This document shows, one piece after another, positions 17,809 through 25,862 of a stretch of 64,000 bases of DNA. This DNA comes from a virus: positions 8,317 to 72,316 of the IMG/VR virus record IMGVR_UViG_3300032282_004151; one strand, given 5' to 3'. The translations under genes and the position numbers were made by a program. Every line of letters starts with the position of its first letter. Within the stretch, counting starts at the first letter, position 1. The notes beneath the pieces were generated by a model. It was not told where the DNA came from, ran no database searches, and saw nothing but the letters and a program-made list of their open reading frames with translations.

Positions 17809-18315
17809 ATGAACACCGAAGTGAATGCCAAGGCATTGCTTGCTTTGCTCAACCGAAGGGAACTTCCTGAGTTCAAGACCCTACCACAAGTCTGTGAGGT
17901 TGTCACAGATTTCCTTGTAAAGAAATATGAATTGAATGCACCAAGTGACATCAATCATGGCTATTGCTTCATTTGGGCATATCTTGTTTGGGCGCTTTGG
18001 AAGAAGCCATTGAAGTTTGTCAGCAGCGATGGTCACATCGTAATTGAGCATAATGGACTGTTTTACGACAGCATCAGTCACGAAGGCTGTGATGATCTGG
18101 AACTTATGGAAGTTAATTTGGATGAGGCTGCGGACCTTGGTATCAAGGGAATGGCGTGGTATTGGGCTCGCTGCGGCACATACAAGGTTGAGTTTCGTAA
18201 GATCTTGCGTGCCACTCACATGAAGCTTTACAAGGCGATATCCAAGGGTGGGCTGAACGCACATGACTCTGAAACGCTGTTCATCGACGACGTTCCTTTT
18301 CCCTCATACGTCTGA
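17809..18315 (+). CDS. hypothetical protein, possible Cys-His-Asp hydrolase fold
   Basis: INHGYC..GHIVIEHNGLFYD. Confidence 0.7.
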   Translation: MNTEVNAKALLALLNRRELPEFKTLPQVCEVVTDFLVKKYELNAPSDINHGYCFIWAYLVWALWKKPLKFVSSDGHIVIEHNGLFYDSISHEGCDDLELMEVNLDEAADLGIKGMAWYWARCGTYKVEFRKILRATHMKLYKAISKGGLNAHDSETLFIDDVPFPSYV

Positions 18316-18382
18316 GTTTTTTTATCTTTTTCCTTGATTTTTTTAAATGGTCTGCTACAGTATTCCCATACTGATCACCACC

Positions 18383-18727
18383 ATGAAGAACAACAAGAAG
18401 AACACCGTCGCCTTCGTCAAGCAGATGCTCGCCACCAACAAGGTCTGGGCTCTCAAGGCTCTGGTCCGCATCTATCAGGAGAACCAAACCCCCGACGAGC
18501 AGGCTGCGAAGCTGACCAGCCACGACAACGGCATCGGCTTCACGGGCGTGGATGCCAATTTCGCCAGCAGTCTGGCAGAGCAGTATCTGCGCCGTGGTGA
18601 TCTGTCTGAGAAGCAGATGAGCTTCGTCTTCAGGATCATGCCCAAGTATGCTGGGCAGGTCATCAAGATGAGCGACTCTGCCAAGCTGGAGTCTATGGTT
18701 TCCGCCGCCCCTGAGACGGTGGTCTGA
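18383..18727 (+). CDS. conserved-looking phage hypothetical protein
   Basis: QTPDEQ..HDNGIGFTGVDA..LSEKQ..KYAGQ. Confidence 0.85.
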   Translation: MKNNKKNTVAFVKQMLATNKVWALKALVRIYQENQTPDEQAAKLTSHDNGIGFTGVDANFASSLAEQYLRRGDLSEKQMSFVFRIMPKYAGQVIKMSDSAKLESMVSAAPETVV

Positions 18728-18735
18728 GTTTCCAC

Positions 18736-18763
18736 GGTGGGGAGCGCACACCAACTCACGCTC
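18736..18763 (+). ncRNA. H-type pseudoknot motif, copy 2
   Basis: GGTG/CACC and GAGCG/CGCTC. Confidence 0.55.
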
Positions 18764-18820
18764 ACTTTTTTTGATTTTTCCCTCGACTTTCTTTAATTCT
18801 TCAGCGATACTATCTGCCTA

Positions 18821-19051
18821 ATGACAACCTACGGAAACATCAGCAACGTGATTGTGTTCGCCACCGACGAGATCTACAACAAGGCGGTCAAGCTCCTCAC
18901 GGACAACGGCAATGGCTTTGAGACCAGCGGCTATCCTCTCGCGCTGAACTTCTACGTCAATGACCGCCACTACAGCTTCCCCTACGCGATGGCTGACCTT
19001 GCCTTCGCTGGCATTGAGGAAGGTGTGGATTTCAAGGTGATCTACCGCTGA
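18821..19051 (+). CDS. hypothetical early protein
   Basis: own promoter. Confidence 0.8.
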   Translation: MTTYGNISNVIVFATDEIYNKAVKLLTDNGNGFETSGYPLALNFYVNDRHYSFPYAMADLAFAGIEEGVDFKVIYR

Positions 19052-19093
19052 AAGCTTGACTTTCTTTATTTTATCCATCAACATTCTACCATC

Positions 19094-19297
19094 ATGAACA
19101 ACACCACTCCCAATTATGCTTATCTCGCTGGCGCTCTGCGCAGTTCGCTTGAGTTTCTCGCCTTTGACCAAACATTCTTCAAGATAGAGAGCGTCGAGAA
19201 GCGCATGGAGTATCTCAAGAAGATCTCTGAGAGCGCCAATCAAAGCGCCATCAACTACGAGAACGAGTTCAATCAGAGGTTGAACAAAGTTTCTTAA
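19094..19297 (+). CDS. hypothetical early protein
   Basis: own promoter. Confidence 0.75.
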   Translation: MNNTTPNYAYLAGALRSSLEFLAFDQTFFKIESVEKRMEYLKKISESANQSAINYENEFNQRLNKVS

Positions 19298-19375
19298 AAT
19301 AAATCTGGACATCTTAGAATAACCTGCTACAGTACTTTTCGTAAATACAACCAAAACATAAACACAAATACCAAC

Positions 19376-19666
19376 ATGACTGATACTGCTACCGAAACCA
19401 AGAAGAATAACCGCGCTCCGTATGGCTTCAAGCTGGAGTTCCCCGAGTCTTTCACTCTGCGTGACCTACGCAAGCAGAAGGCTCACAAGGTGAAATACAT
19501 CACGCTCTACATGCGCGTCAAGAAGGCGCTGGCGAATGGCGAGATCGTGGTGTCTGGTGAGAAGACCCCCAAGAACAAGCGCCGTGGCGCACGCGAGATC
19601 ATCTATTCTCGTGCCAATGTCGCCACAGCGGTGGTCAGCACAGAAGCGGCGGCTGCAACCGTCTAA
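19376..19666 (+). CDS. basic putative DNA-binding protein (winged-helix-like)
   Basis: FTLRDL..ITLYMRVKKAL..RRGAREIIY. Confidence 0.65.
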   Translation: MTDTATETKKNNRAPYGFKLEFPESFTLRDLRKQKAHKVKYITLYMRVKKALANGEIVVSGEKTPKNKRRGAREIIYSRANVATAVVSTEAAAATV

Positions 19667-19673
19667 CATACTC

Positions 19674-19710
19674 GCCCCACCGTCAATCTGGGCGGTGGGG
19701 CTCAACTTTC
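19674..19710 (+). terminator. terminator-like hairpin
   Basis: GCCCCACCG / CGGTGGGGC. Confidence 0.65.
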
Positions 19711-19715
19711 TTGGA

Positions 19716-20081
19716 ATGATCAAGCAAATCAGACTTCTGAACGACGCCACCCTTCTCTTGGAAAAGGGAGTCAAGGTTCTTGGGTTCGTTCAAGTCAAAA
19801 GCAGTTTCCGAGATCTGGACGCCTACTATCACCGTGAGCTTGGCATCATTCTGAAGCGTCCTGCGCTGATCCTAGAACCCCAAACGCCGCCAATCCTATG
19901 CGTTCCTACGGTCAAATTGGCGCGGGGGTGGGTGGTTCAGCCCATCGTCAAGAAGACCCGTTTAAAAGAGGCTGTAGAGCGTTTAAGGAGGCAGCTGAAA
20001 AAGTATCCCAACATTTATCCTGATTTACATACTCAGAATGTGGGGTGGTACAAAAATAAGCCTTTGATGTTTGATTGGTGA
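19716..20081 (+). CDS. minimal protein-kinase-like protein
   Basis: ILK, then DLHTQNVG catalytic loop and terminal FDW. Confidence 0.55.
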   Translation: MIKQIRLLNDATLLLEKGVKVLGFVQVKSSFRDLDAYYHRELGIILKRPALILEPQTPPILCVPTVKLARGWVVQPIVKKTRLKEAVERLRRQLKKYPNIYPDLHTQNVGWYKNKPLMFDW

Positions 20082-20126
20082 TTTACGCCTTGCTTTTTTT
20101 AATTAAATTGTCAGACTGGTTGCACG

Positions 20127-20492
20127 ATGAACAAGACCGACGCTATCGAGGCTCTGAAGAATGATATGCCGCTGACGGATTTCATCCGTGGCGTGAACAA
20201 GAAGATCAATGACTATTGGGTGCGCAACAACTTCACCTTCAATGAGCCGCCGCTCGTGATGGTGGACAACGTTGGCAAGCGTTACGCCAAGCTGGCGGTC
20301 TGCAAGAAGAATCCCCCGTTCACTGGTCCGCTCGTGGCTGAGAGCGTCTACTGCTTCTACGACATTGCCAATGGCGACCTTCTGAAGGGCACGTGGAAGG
20401 CTCCTGTGGCCAATGGCGTTCGTGGCAACGTGAAGGAGAGCAACGTGCTGGACAAGTTCACAGAGCATGGTCCCAAGTATCTGCGGGGCTGA
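20127..20492 (+). CDS. conserved-looking phage hypothetical protein
   Basis: GKRYAKL..SVYCF..GDLLKGTWKAP..VRGNV. Confidence 0.85.
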   Translation: MNKTDAIEALKNDMPLTDFIRGVNKKINDYWVRNNFTFNEPPLVMVDNVGKRYAKLAVCKKNPPFTGPLVAESVYCFYDIANGDLLKGTWKAPVANGVRGNVKESNVLDKFTEHGPKYLRG

Positions 20493-20540
20493 TGCTCTTT
20501 GGTCTTGCTTTTTTTTAAAAAAAAGTACATGCTTCAGAGT

Positions 20541-20765
20541 ATGAACTTCAACGAATCTTGGGAAGAGTGCTTCAGCCAGTTCAACCTTCTGGGCAGTCTC
20601 ACGCAGAACCTCCTTCGCAATTGGGCGGCTGACTTTCTGATCAGCCGTGGTTTTGATGAGATCGGTTCGTCTGATATCAACCACTCTCTTTATGGGATGT
20701 GGGAGGCAGCGAACGGCGATTGGCAGAAGGCGATCCTTCGCGAAGTTGATGCGCGGGTTCGCTAA
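20541..20765 (+). CDS. hypothetical early protein
   Basis: own promoter. Confidence 0.75.
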   Translation: MNFNESWEECFSQFNLLGSLTQNLLRNWAADFLISRGFDEIGSSDINHSLYGMWEAANGDWQKAILREVDARVR

Positions 20766-20810
20766 AATCGCCTTGACTTTTTATTCAAAACAAAACAACA
20801 TCAGCATCCT

Positions 20811-21107
20811 ATGATTAATCCTCCTAACAACACCATTTTTCAATACGTCCGCAATCGGCGGCGGCAGAAGGTCGGCGTCGTTGCCGCTGTGAAGCGTGAT
20901 GACGGTCTCGTTGGCCTTGGCTACAGCCTGTGTGCTGTGAACAAGGGCGACACGTTCAACGCTGTGCGTGCGCTTGAGATCGCCATTGGTCGGGCCGAGG
21001 CGTTCCCGCATTTCGAGTGCGAGTCTATTCCGCAGAGCGTGGAAAAGGACTGGTCCGAAATCTATGACCGCGCTACCCGCTATTTCAAGGGTGCGGACAT
21101 TGCGTAA
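20811..21107 (+). CDS. hypothetical phage protein
   Basis: GYSLC..DTFN..ALEIAIGRA. Confidence 0.8.
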   Translation: MINPPNNTIFQYVRNRRRQKVGVVAAVKRDDGLVGLGYSLCAVNKGDTFNAVRALEIAIGRAEAFPHFECESIPQSVEKDWSEIYDRATRYFKGADIA

Positions 21108-21118
21108 CTAGTTTCAAT

Positions 21119-21146
21119 GATGGGGTGCGCATATCAACTCACGCAC
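21119..21146 (+). ncRNA. H-type pseudoknot motif, copy 3
   Basis: GATG/TATC and GTGCG/CGCAC. Confidence 0.55.
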
Positions 21147-21187
21147 AATTTTCTTGCATTTTTTAAAATAACTGTCAGTCTTTCAGC

Positions 21188-21448
21188 ATGAACTCCTACA
21201 CCGAAACCCTTGGTCAGTCTATCGAAAAGATCCAAAACGATCTGATTGAGCGTGGTATCGTGCTGGCGGATAACAGCAAAGATTGGCTTGACAGTTTCAC
21301 TTTTGGTGGTCTTAATTATGGACAAGATAAAGAAGTTCACGCTGAAATTGAAACAGTCAAGGGCAAGAAGACTGGCAAGTATGCTCATGCTCATATTTGG
21401 CGTCACGACATTTCTGGTCGTTATGAGTGGCTCGTTTATGTCCTCTGA
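21188..21448 (+). CDS. hypothetical early protein
   Basis: own promoter; SGRYEW. Confidence 0.8.
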   Translation: MNSYTETLGQSIEKIQNDLIERGIVLADNSKDWLDSFTFGGLNYGQDKEVHAEIETVKGKKTGKYAHAHIWRHDISGRYEWLVYVL

Positions 21449-21452
21449 TTCT

Positions 21453-21572
21453 ATGAAAGACTTTTATTTATTTGCTGGCGAGCATCCTGTCGTCGTATGT
21501 TTTCTTGCTATGATTGCTGCGGGAATCATCTGCTCTGTTTTTGAGTCATTCTGCAAAATCTTTAGGAAGTGA
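21453..21572 (+). CDS. small membrane peptide
   Basis: MKDFYLFAGEHPVVVCFLAMIAAGII. Confidence 0.55.
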   Translation: MKDFYLFAGEHPVVVCFLAMIAAGIICSVFESFCKIFRK

Positions 21573-21617
21573 TCGAAAGTTCTTGCTTTTCTTAAAATAA
21601 CTGCCATAGTACTAAGC

Positions 21618-21920
21618 ATGAACTCGATTACCTTCACCACCAAGGATCTGTTTGCGGCGGCGGTCAATACCCTCGCCCTTGACGAGTCCCCCTCCTACGA
21701 GGTCGATACCGCGTACCTCACGATCCGCAGCGACGATCTCCCCGTGATCGTGAACATCCTTCACGACAACGGCATCTTCAACTTCGTCGGCAACGTCAGC
21801 GACGAGCCGTTTGACGGCTTTCGCACGGACGCGGAGGCTGACGCTGATGCCCTTGCCTCTGCGGGGTTCGGCACGGACGAGGACTACGGCGGCTGCAATG
21901 ACTACGGCTACGATGAGTAA
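21618..21920 (+). CDS. acidic hypothetical protein
   Basis: DADALASAGFGTDEDYG tail; own promoter. Confidence 0.82.
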   Translation: MNSITFTTKDLFAAAVNTLALDESPSYEVDTAYLTIRSDDLPVIVNILHDNGIFNFVGNVSDEPFDGFRTDAEADADALASAGFGTDEDYGGCNDYGYDE

Positions 21921-22116
21921 GGTGGTGCCTGCGGTCAGCCTATCCGACATTCTCAATGGGCCTCGCCCCAAGCTTGTCGGTAGGCTTGTCTTTGACCACA
22001 AGACAGCCCCTAGCCTCATGCTTCTCACAGAAGATCAGGCTAGGGCACACGACAAGGCAACACGCCGCCCCGGTTACGGAACCTGCCTTAAACGGATTTC
22101 GCCACACCGCTCTTGA
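21913..22116 (+). CDS. hypothetical protein
   Basis: overlapping start; stop overlaps -35. Confidence 0.55.
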   Translation: MSKVVPAVSLSDILNGPRPKLVGRLVFDHKTAPSLMLLTEDQARAHDKATRRPGYGTCLKRISPHRS

Positions 22117-22147
22117 CTTTCTTAAAAAAACATTCAACATCATCAAC

Positions 22148-22450
22148 ATGATCATCTCACAAGCTACCGTTTTGTCTGAAAACATTCTGTCGCCAAGTCG
22201 TGCCATCAATGGCAAGGCGATTGTGAATTATTTCCTCAACAAGGACGAACCTTCCAATTTCAACAAATATGTCAAGGTCAGCAACGTCTCTGTCAATTAT
22301 GCCAATGGTGGCGTTGACCTTTTTGCCGCAAATGAGCTTTCTGTTGAGACGCTTCGCACCATTGCCAACGCTCTGAATGACCTTGCGAACAAGGCTGATG
22401 CTGCTGCGGTAAAGTTGCGTGAGATTAACAAAAGCATTGACACGAACTAA
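22148..22450 (+). CDS. hypothetical early protein
   Basis: own promoter. Confidence 0.75.
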   Translation: MIISQATVLSENILSPSRAINGKAIVNYFLNKDEPSNFNKYVKVSNVSVNYANGGVDLFAANELSVETLRTIANALNDLANKADAAAVKLREINKSIDTN

Positions 22451-22473
22451 AAAAACCCTCAATCTACTACCCT

Positions 22474-23058
22474 ATGCCTAACTGGTGCTCAAACAACGTC
22501 GTCGTTTCTGGTAAGAACCTCAGTGCCTTCAAGGAGTGGCTTGGCGATGGCAAGGCTCTGCTGACCAAGATCGCCCCTACGCCCCAGCCTCTTGTCGAAA
22601 CGACTGCTGGTTGGAGTGGCGACCCCGAGGCTCAGAAGCTGAACGATGAACGCGAGAAGGCCAACCTCAAGGAGTTTGGCTACAAGAACTGGTATGATTG
22701 GAACATCGGTGCGTGGGGCACCAAGTGGGACGTTGATGCCGAGATCGACGAAAGCAGCAGCACTGAGAATGAGATCATTTTCAGCTTTGAGAGTGCGTGG
22801 AGCCCTCCGCAGGCTGCGTTTGCTCGTCTTGCCGAGAAGTTCCCTGACCTTAGCATCCGTCATGCCTACATGGAAGAGGGTATGTGCTTTGTCGGCGTGG
22901 ACACGTATGAGGACGGGGTTGTTGCTGACGAGGTCTACAGCGAAGAGCCCGATACGGACGAGTGGAAGGAGCTTGCCCGCGACGAGTTTGGTTGGGAGCC
23001 GTGGGAGGATGATGAGGACGCGGAGGATATGGAAGAGGAAAAGCCCGCGAAGAATTGA
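22474..23058 (+). CDS. DUF1281/YubB ferredoxin-like domain protein
   Basis: MPNWCSN..WYDWNIGAWGTKWD..FESAWSPP..EEG. Confidence 0.85.
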   Translation: MPNWCSNNVVVSGKNLSAFKEWLGDGKALLTKIAPTPQPLVETTAGWSGDPEAQKLNDEREKANLKEFGYKNWYDWNIGAWGTKWDVDAEIDESSSTENEIIFSFESAWSPPQAAFARLAEKFPDLSIRHAYMEEGMCFVGVDTYEDGVVADEVYSEEPDTDEWKELARDEFGWEPWEDDEDAEDMEEEKPAKN

Positions 23059-23068
23059 TTTGGGTAGG

Positions 23069-23120
23069 TAGGTGTTCATGGTGTGGGGAGAGCGTGGTGG
23101 CTCTCCCCACTTTATTTTTT
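23069..23120 (+). terminator. conserved leader plus terminator hairpin, copy 1
   Basis: TAGGTGTTCATGGT-GTGGGGAGAGC-GTGGTG-GCTCTCCCCAC-T tract. Confidence 0.8.
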
Positions 23121-23145
23121 TAAGGTTGACAAATGCAATAAAACA

Positions 23146-23400
23146 ATGTCTAATCGTTTCATCGTGGAAAACAGCAAGCAACTTAATCGAGATCAACTCA
23201 AGAAATGCTTCATTGATCTTGCTCAACGTGCTGGTGAATTGAATGAGCCATACATTCAGAGCGTATGTCTTGTGCTTGCTGGCAGCATTGTTGAAGAAAG
23301 TGATAACTTGCTTGCCATGTGGGTAAGTCAGTATGCGCAACTTAGAATTGATGATATCACAGAAGATTATCTGAAAGATGAAAATGAAGAAACTATTTAA
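23146..23400 (+). CDS. hypothetical protein
   Basis: ORF. Confidence 0.65.
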   Translation: MSNRFIVENSKQLNRDQLKKCFIDLAQRAGELNEPYIQSVCLVLAGSIVEESDNLLAMWVSQYAQLRIDDITEDYLKDENEETI

Positions 23401-23965
23401 TTTATTTATTTTTACAACTCTTGCGCCATTTTTATTTGGTGGCGTAGATGTACGTATTGAAGGAGCATTTGGTGTTAGGCTTGGTGATACTTACCAAGTG
23501 AATGACAAGTTAATTCAGCGAACAAGAGAATTTGAGTTTACTCCAGTTAGCTCATCTGACATTTTTCAGACATATCATGTTAAATTAACTCCAAAAAGCC
23601 GCAAGATTTATTCCATCTCTGCTGAAGGATATGTGCAGAATGAAATTGTTTATGAAAAGATGGACAGTCTTAGGTATGAGTTGGCAAAGAAATACCTAGT
23701 GCCCAATCTTAGGTTGGACACCATCACTTCTATCATGAACAGAACCAATAGGTTGTATGTTGAAGAAGCAATTTTAACTGACGGTGGCTCAATTACATTG
23801 TCTTACCCACATTCGCCCACTCGCGGCATTTTAAATGAACCTCGCGCTCATCTAACAGCATATTCTGAAGGCAATAAGTGCGTGATGGAAGTTGTTGATG
23901 TTGCGCTGTTTAAGCTAAGTATCCAAGAAGACGAAGAATTAAGAAAATTGCAGAATGACTCTTGA
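23378..23965 (+). CDS. putative exported protein
   Basis: signal-peptide-like N-terminus; GAFGVRLG. Confidence 0.7.
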   Translation: MKMKKLFNLFIFTTLAPFLFGGVDVRIEGAFGVRLGDTYQVNDKLIQRTREFEFTPVSSSDIFQTYHVKLTPKSRKIYSISAEGYVQNEIVYEKMDSLRYELAKKYLVPNLRLDTITSIMNRTNRLYVEEAILTDGGSITLSYPHSPTRGILNEPRAHLTAYSEGNKCVMEVVDVALFKLSIQEDEELRKLQNDS

Positions 23966-23998
23966 CTTTTAAAATAAGTCGTGTAGGATGTACGCACG

Positions 23999-24205
23999 AT
24001 GAAAGTCCCACTCCAAGACCTACTCACCATCATTCACGCCGACAAAAAGAGCTATATCGCCCAAGTGGGTGCTCGTGAGTATGAGTGCCTTGAGGCATTG
24101 GTGAAGGATGGCACGATCAACACCATCAAAAGTCTGATCGAGCATGGTGTGGCCATTGGCGACGATGTTTACCCCATCGCCAAGAAATACAGCAATCTGG
24201 CTTGA
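23999..24205 (+). CDS. hypothetical early protein
   Basis: own promoter. Confidence 0.75.
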   Translation: MKVPLQDLLTIIHADKKSYIAQVGAREYECLEALVKDGTINTIKSLIEHGVAIGDDVYPIAKKYSNLA

Positions 24206-24239
24206 TTTTTAAAATAAATAGGTCATACTTGTTCTCATC

Positions 24240-24521
24240 ATGAACATTGCCCAAACCATCCTTTCTCAGATCAAGGCTCTGGATCCGATGGCTCTGTTTG
24301 CTTGGGGTGCCAAGGATCTGATCAACATGGAAAATGGTCTGAAGTTCAAGACCACTGGCATTACTCCTTACAAAGGTTATGTTTACATCAAGCTGAATGG
24401 CAAGGACTTGTATGACATTCAGTTCTTTAAGGTTCGCAATCTTGAAGTCAAGACTGACAAGGTTGTGGAAGATGTTTATGCTGAAGATCTTGTGCGAGTC
24501 ATTGATGGAGTTGTTGGTTGA
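24240..24521 (+). CDS. conserved-looking phage hypothetical protein
   Basis: IAQTILSQI..DLYDIQF..DVYAEDL. Confidence 0.85.
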   Translation: MNIAQTILSQIKALDPMALFAWGAKDLINMENGLKFKTTGITPYKGYVYIKLNGKDLYDIQFFKVRNLEVKTDKVVEDVYAEDLVRVIDGVVG

Positions 24522-24562
24522 GCCTTGACAAATTAAAAAAAGTCGTTCAAGATATCTGCATC

Positions 24563-24697
24563 ATGAAGATCAACTCCACCATCAAGACCCGCAGCGTGTT
24601 CACCTCTGGCGTCAACCTCGGCGGTGTGGCGCACAAGACCAAGAAGGGCAAAGGCAGCTATCAACGCAAAAACAAGTATGGCAATCGTTGGGAGTGA
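24563..24697 (+). CDS. arfA: ArfA-like alternative ribosome rescue factor (44 aa, not in ORF track)
   Basis: HKTKKGKGSYQRKNKYGNRWE matches the ArfA KKGKGSY-RK-K motif; own promoter at 24525. Confidence 0.7.
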   Translation: MKINSTIKTRSVFTSGVNLGGVAHKTKKGKGSYQRKNKYGNRWE

Positions 24698-24741
24698 TTG
24701 CTGTCTTGACAAATTAAAAAAAGTCCTTCATCGTCTAACCC

Positions 24742-24969
24742 ATGAAGCCAATTCGTTATAACCCTGATGGGACTGAAATCCCCCTGACTTCCGGTCAACG
24801 TCGGCGTAACGAACGTGCAAGAGTTTGCAACCGAAAAAGAGAATCGGGATGGAGCGGGGATAGACGACCATGTGATTTGGGTTGTGGTGGAGAAATGTCT
24901 TGGTGCTCTTGTTGTGAAACATACACAAGCACTTGTTGCGTAGATTACGGAACTTGTATGTGTTCGTAA
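24742..24969 (+). CDS. Cys-rich small protein
   Basis: CDLGCGGEMSWCSCC..TCC..TCMC; own promoter. Confidence 0.7.
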   Translation: MKPIRYNPDGTEIPLTSGQRRRNERARVCNRKRESGWSGDRRPCDLGCGGEMSWCSCCETYTSTCCVDYGTCMCS

Positions 24970-24976
24970 CAATTTC

Positions 24977-25036
24977 GGGCCGGTAGCTCAGTGGTAGAGC
25001 GTTTCGTCGTTGGTTCGAATCCAACCCGGTCCATCA
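24977..25036 (+). ncRNA. anticodon-armless tRNA-like RNA with G3-U70 acceptor
   Basis: GGGCCGG/CCGGTCC, perfect D-arm and T-arm, 8-nt linker in place of the anticodon arm; ends A-TCA. Confidence 0.7.
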
Positions 25037-25078
25037 ATTTTTGTTGACAAATTAAAAAAAGTAGCCATAGTTAGCACC

Positions 25079-25432
25079 ATGAACTCCATTATCTCACCGT
25101 CTCTCGAAAACAAGCCTGTTGTGGTCAATGGACCCAAGGTGGGCGACATTCTGGTCAGCATCAGTGGCTATGAAGCCAGCATTGCTAGTTGGGCCAAGGT
25201 TGTGGGTGTGACTGGCAAGAGCGTCAAGATTGTGCGCTTGCCCGCCGACAACAAGTATACTGGCGGCGGTGGCATGGAATGGATCAGCACGCCCGCCACT
25301 GATCGCATCAAAGGTGATACTGAGACCAAGCGTTTTACTGCTGATGGCGACGGCTATAGGGTCAAGAACAACAGCTACAGCAACTATTATGTTTGGAGTG
25401 GCAAGCCAATTCAGTGCTACAACCATCACTAA
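25079..25432 (+). CDS. hypothetical early protein
   Basis: own promoter; KVGDILVS..VVGVTGKSVKI. Confidence 0.8.
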   Translation: MNSIISPSLENKPVVVNGPKVGDILVSISGYEASIASWAKVVGVTGKSVKIVRLPADNKYTGGGGMEWISTPATDRIKGDTETKRFTADGDGYRVKNNSYSNYYVWSGKPIQCYNHH

Positions 25433-25442
25433 GATTTTGGGT

Positions 25443-25494
25443 TAGGTGTTCATGGTGTGAGGGGCTCGCGTGGTGGCGAGCCCCTCTTTTTTTT
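25443..25494 (+). terminator. conserved leader plus terminator hairpin, copy 2
   Basis: TAGGTGTTCATGGTGT-GAGGGGCTCGC-GTGGTG-GCGAGCCCCTC-T tract. Confidence 0.8.
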
Positions 25495-25539
25495 ATCTAG
25501 GTGCTTGACATTTAAAAAAAATAGGTCATAGTACTTTAC

Positions 25540-25830
25540 ATGAACCTCACCCAACCCGAAACCAACCTCGTCGCCAAGCTGACCACCGAGTATGGTCTTT
25601 ACGTCAATGACAGCCTCACGACCGCCGTGAACCGCCTGTCTGGCGCTCGCGTTCAGACAACCCCTCTTGCGGCTGCTCTGATCCGTTTCGCCCAGATCGC
25701 CTACGGCAACTATGAGTTGTTTGGCAAGATGAGCGTCAAGAACAAGCCTGTGAGCATCAGCATGTATGACCGCGTGCGGTATCTTGTGCTCAAGCTGGAC
25801 CGCAATGCTTATGCCGAAGTGCTTGACTAA
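25540..25830 (+). CDS. hypothetical early protein
   Basis: own promoter. Confidence 0.8.
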   Translation: MNLTQPETNLVAKLTTEYGLYVNDSLTTAVNRLSGARVQTTPLAAALIRFAQIAYGNYELFGKMSVKNKPVSISMYDRVRYLVLKLDRNAYAEVLD

Positions 25831-25835
25831 CAACA

Positions 25836-25862
25836 AGAGGAGCAAAGGCTCCTCTTTTTTTT
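25836..25862 (+). terminator. intrinsic terminator
   Basis: AAGAGGAGC-AAAG-GCTCCTCTT plus T tract. Confidence 0.8.

Noticed and set aside
24977-25036. tmRNA gene
   Set aside because: It has a full D-stem and no mRNA-like domain, tag ORF or pseudoknots, so it is reported as a tRNA-like RNA instead.
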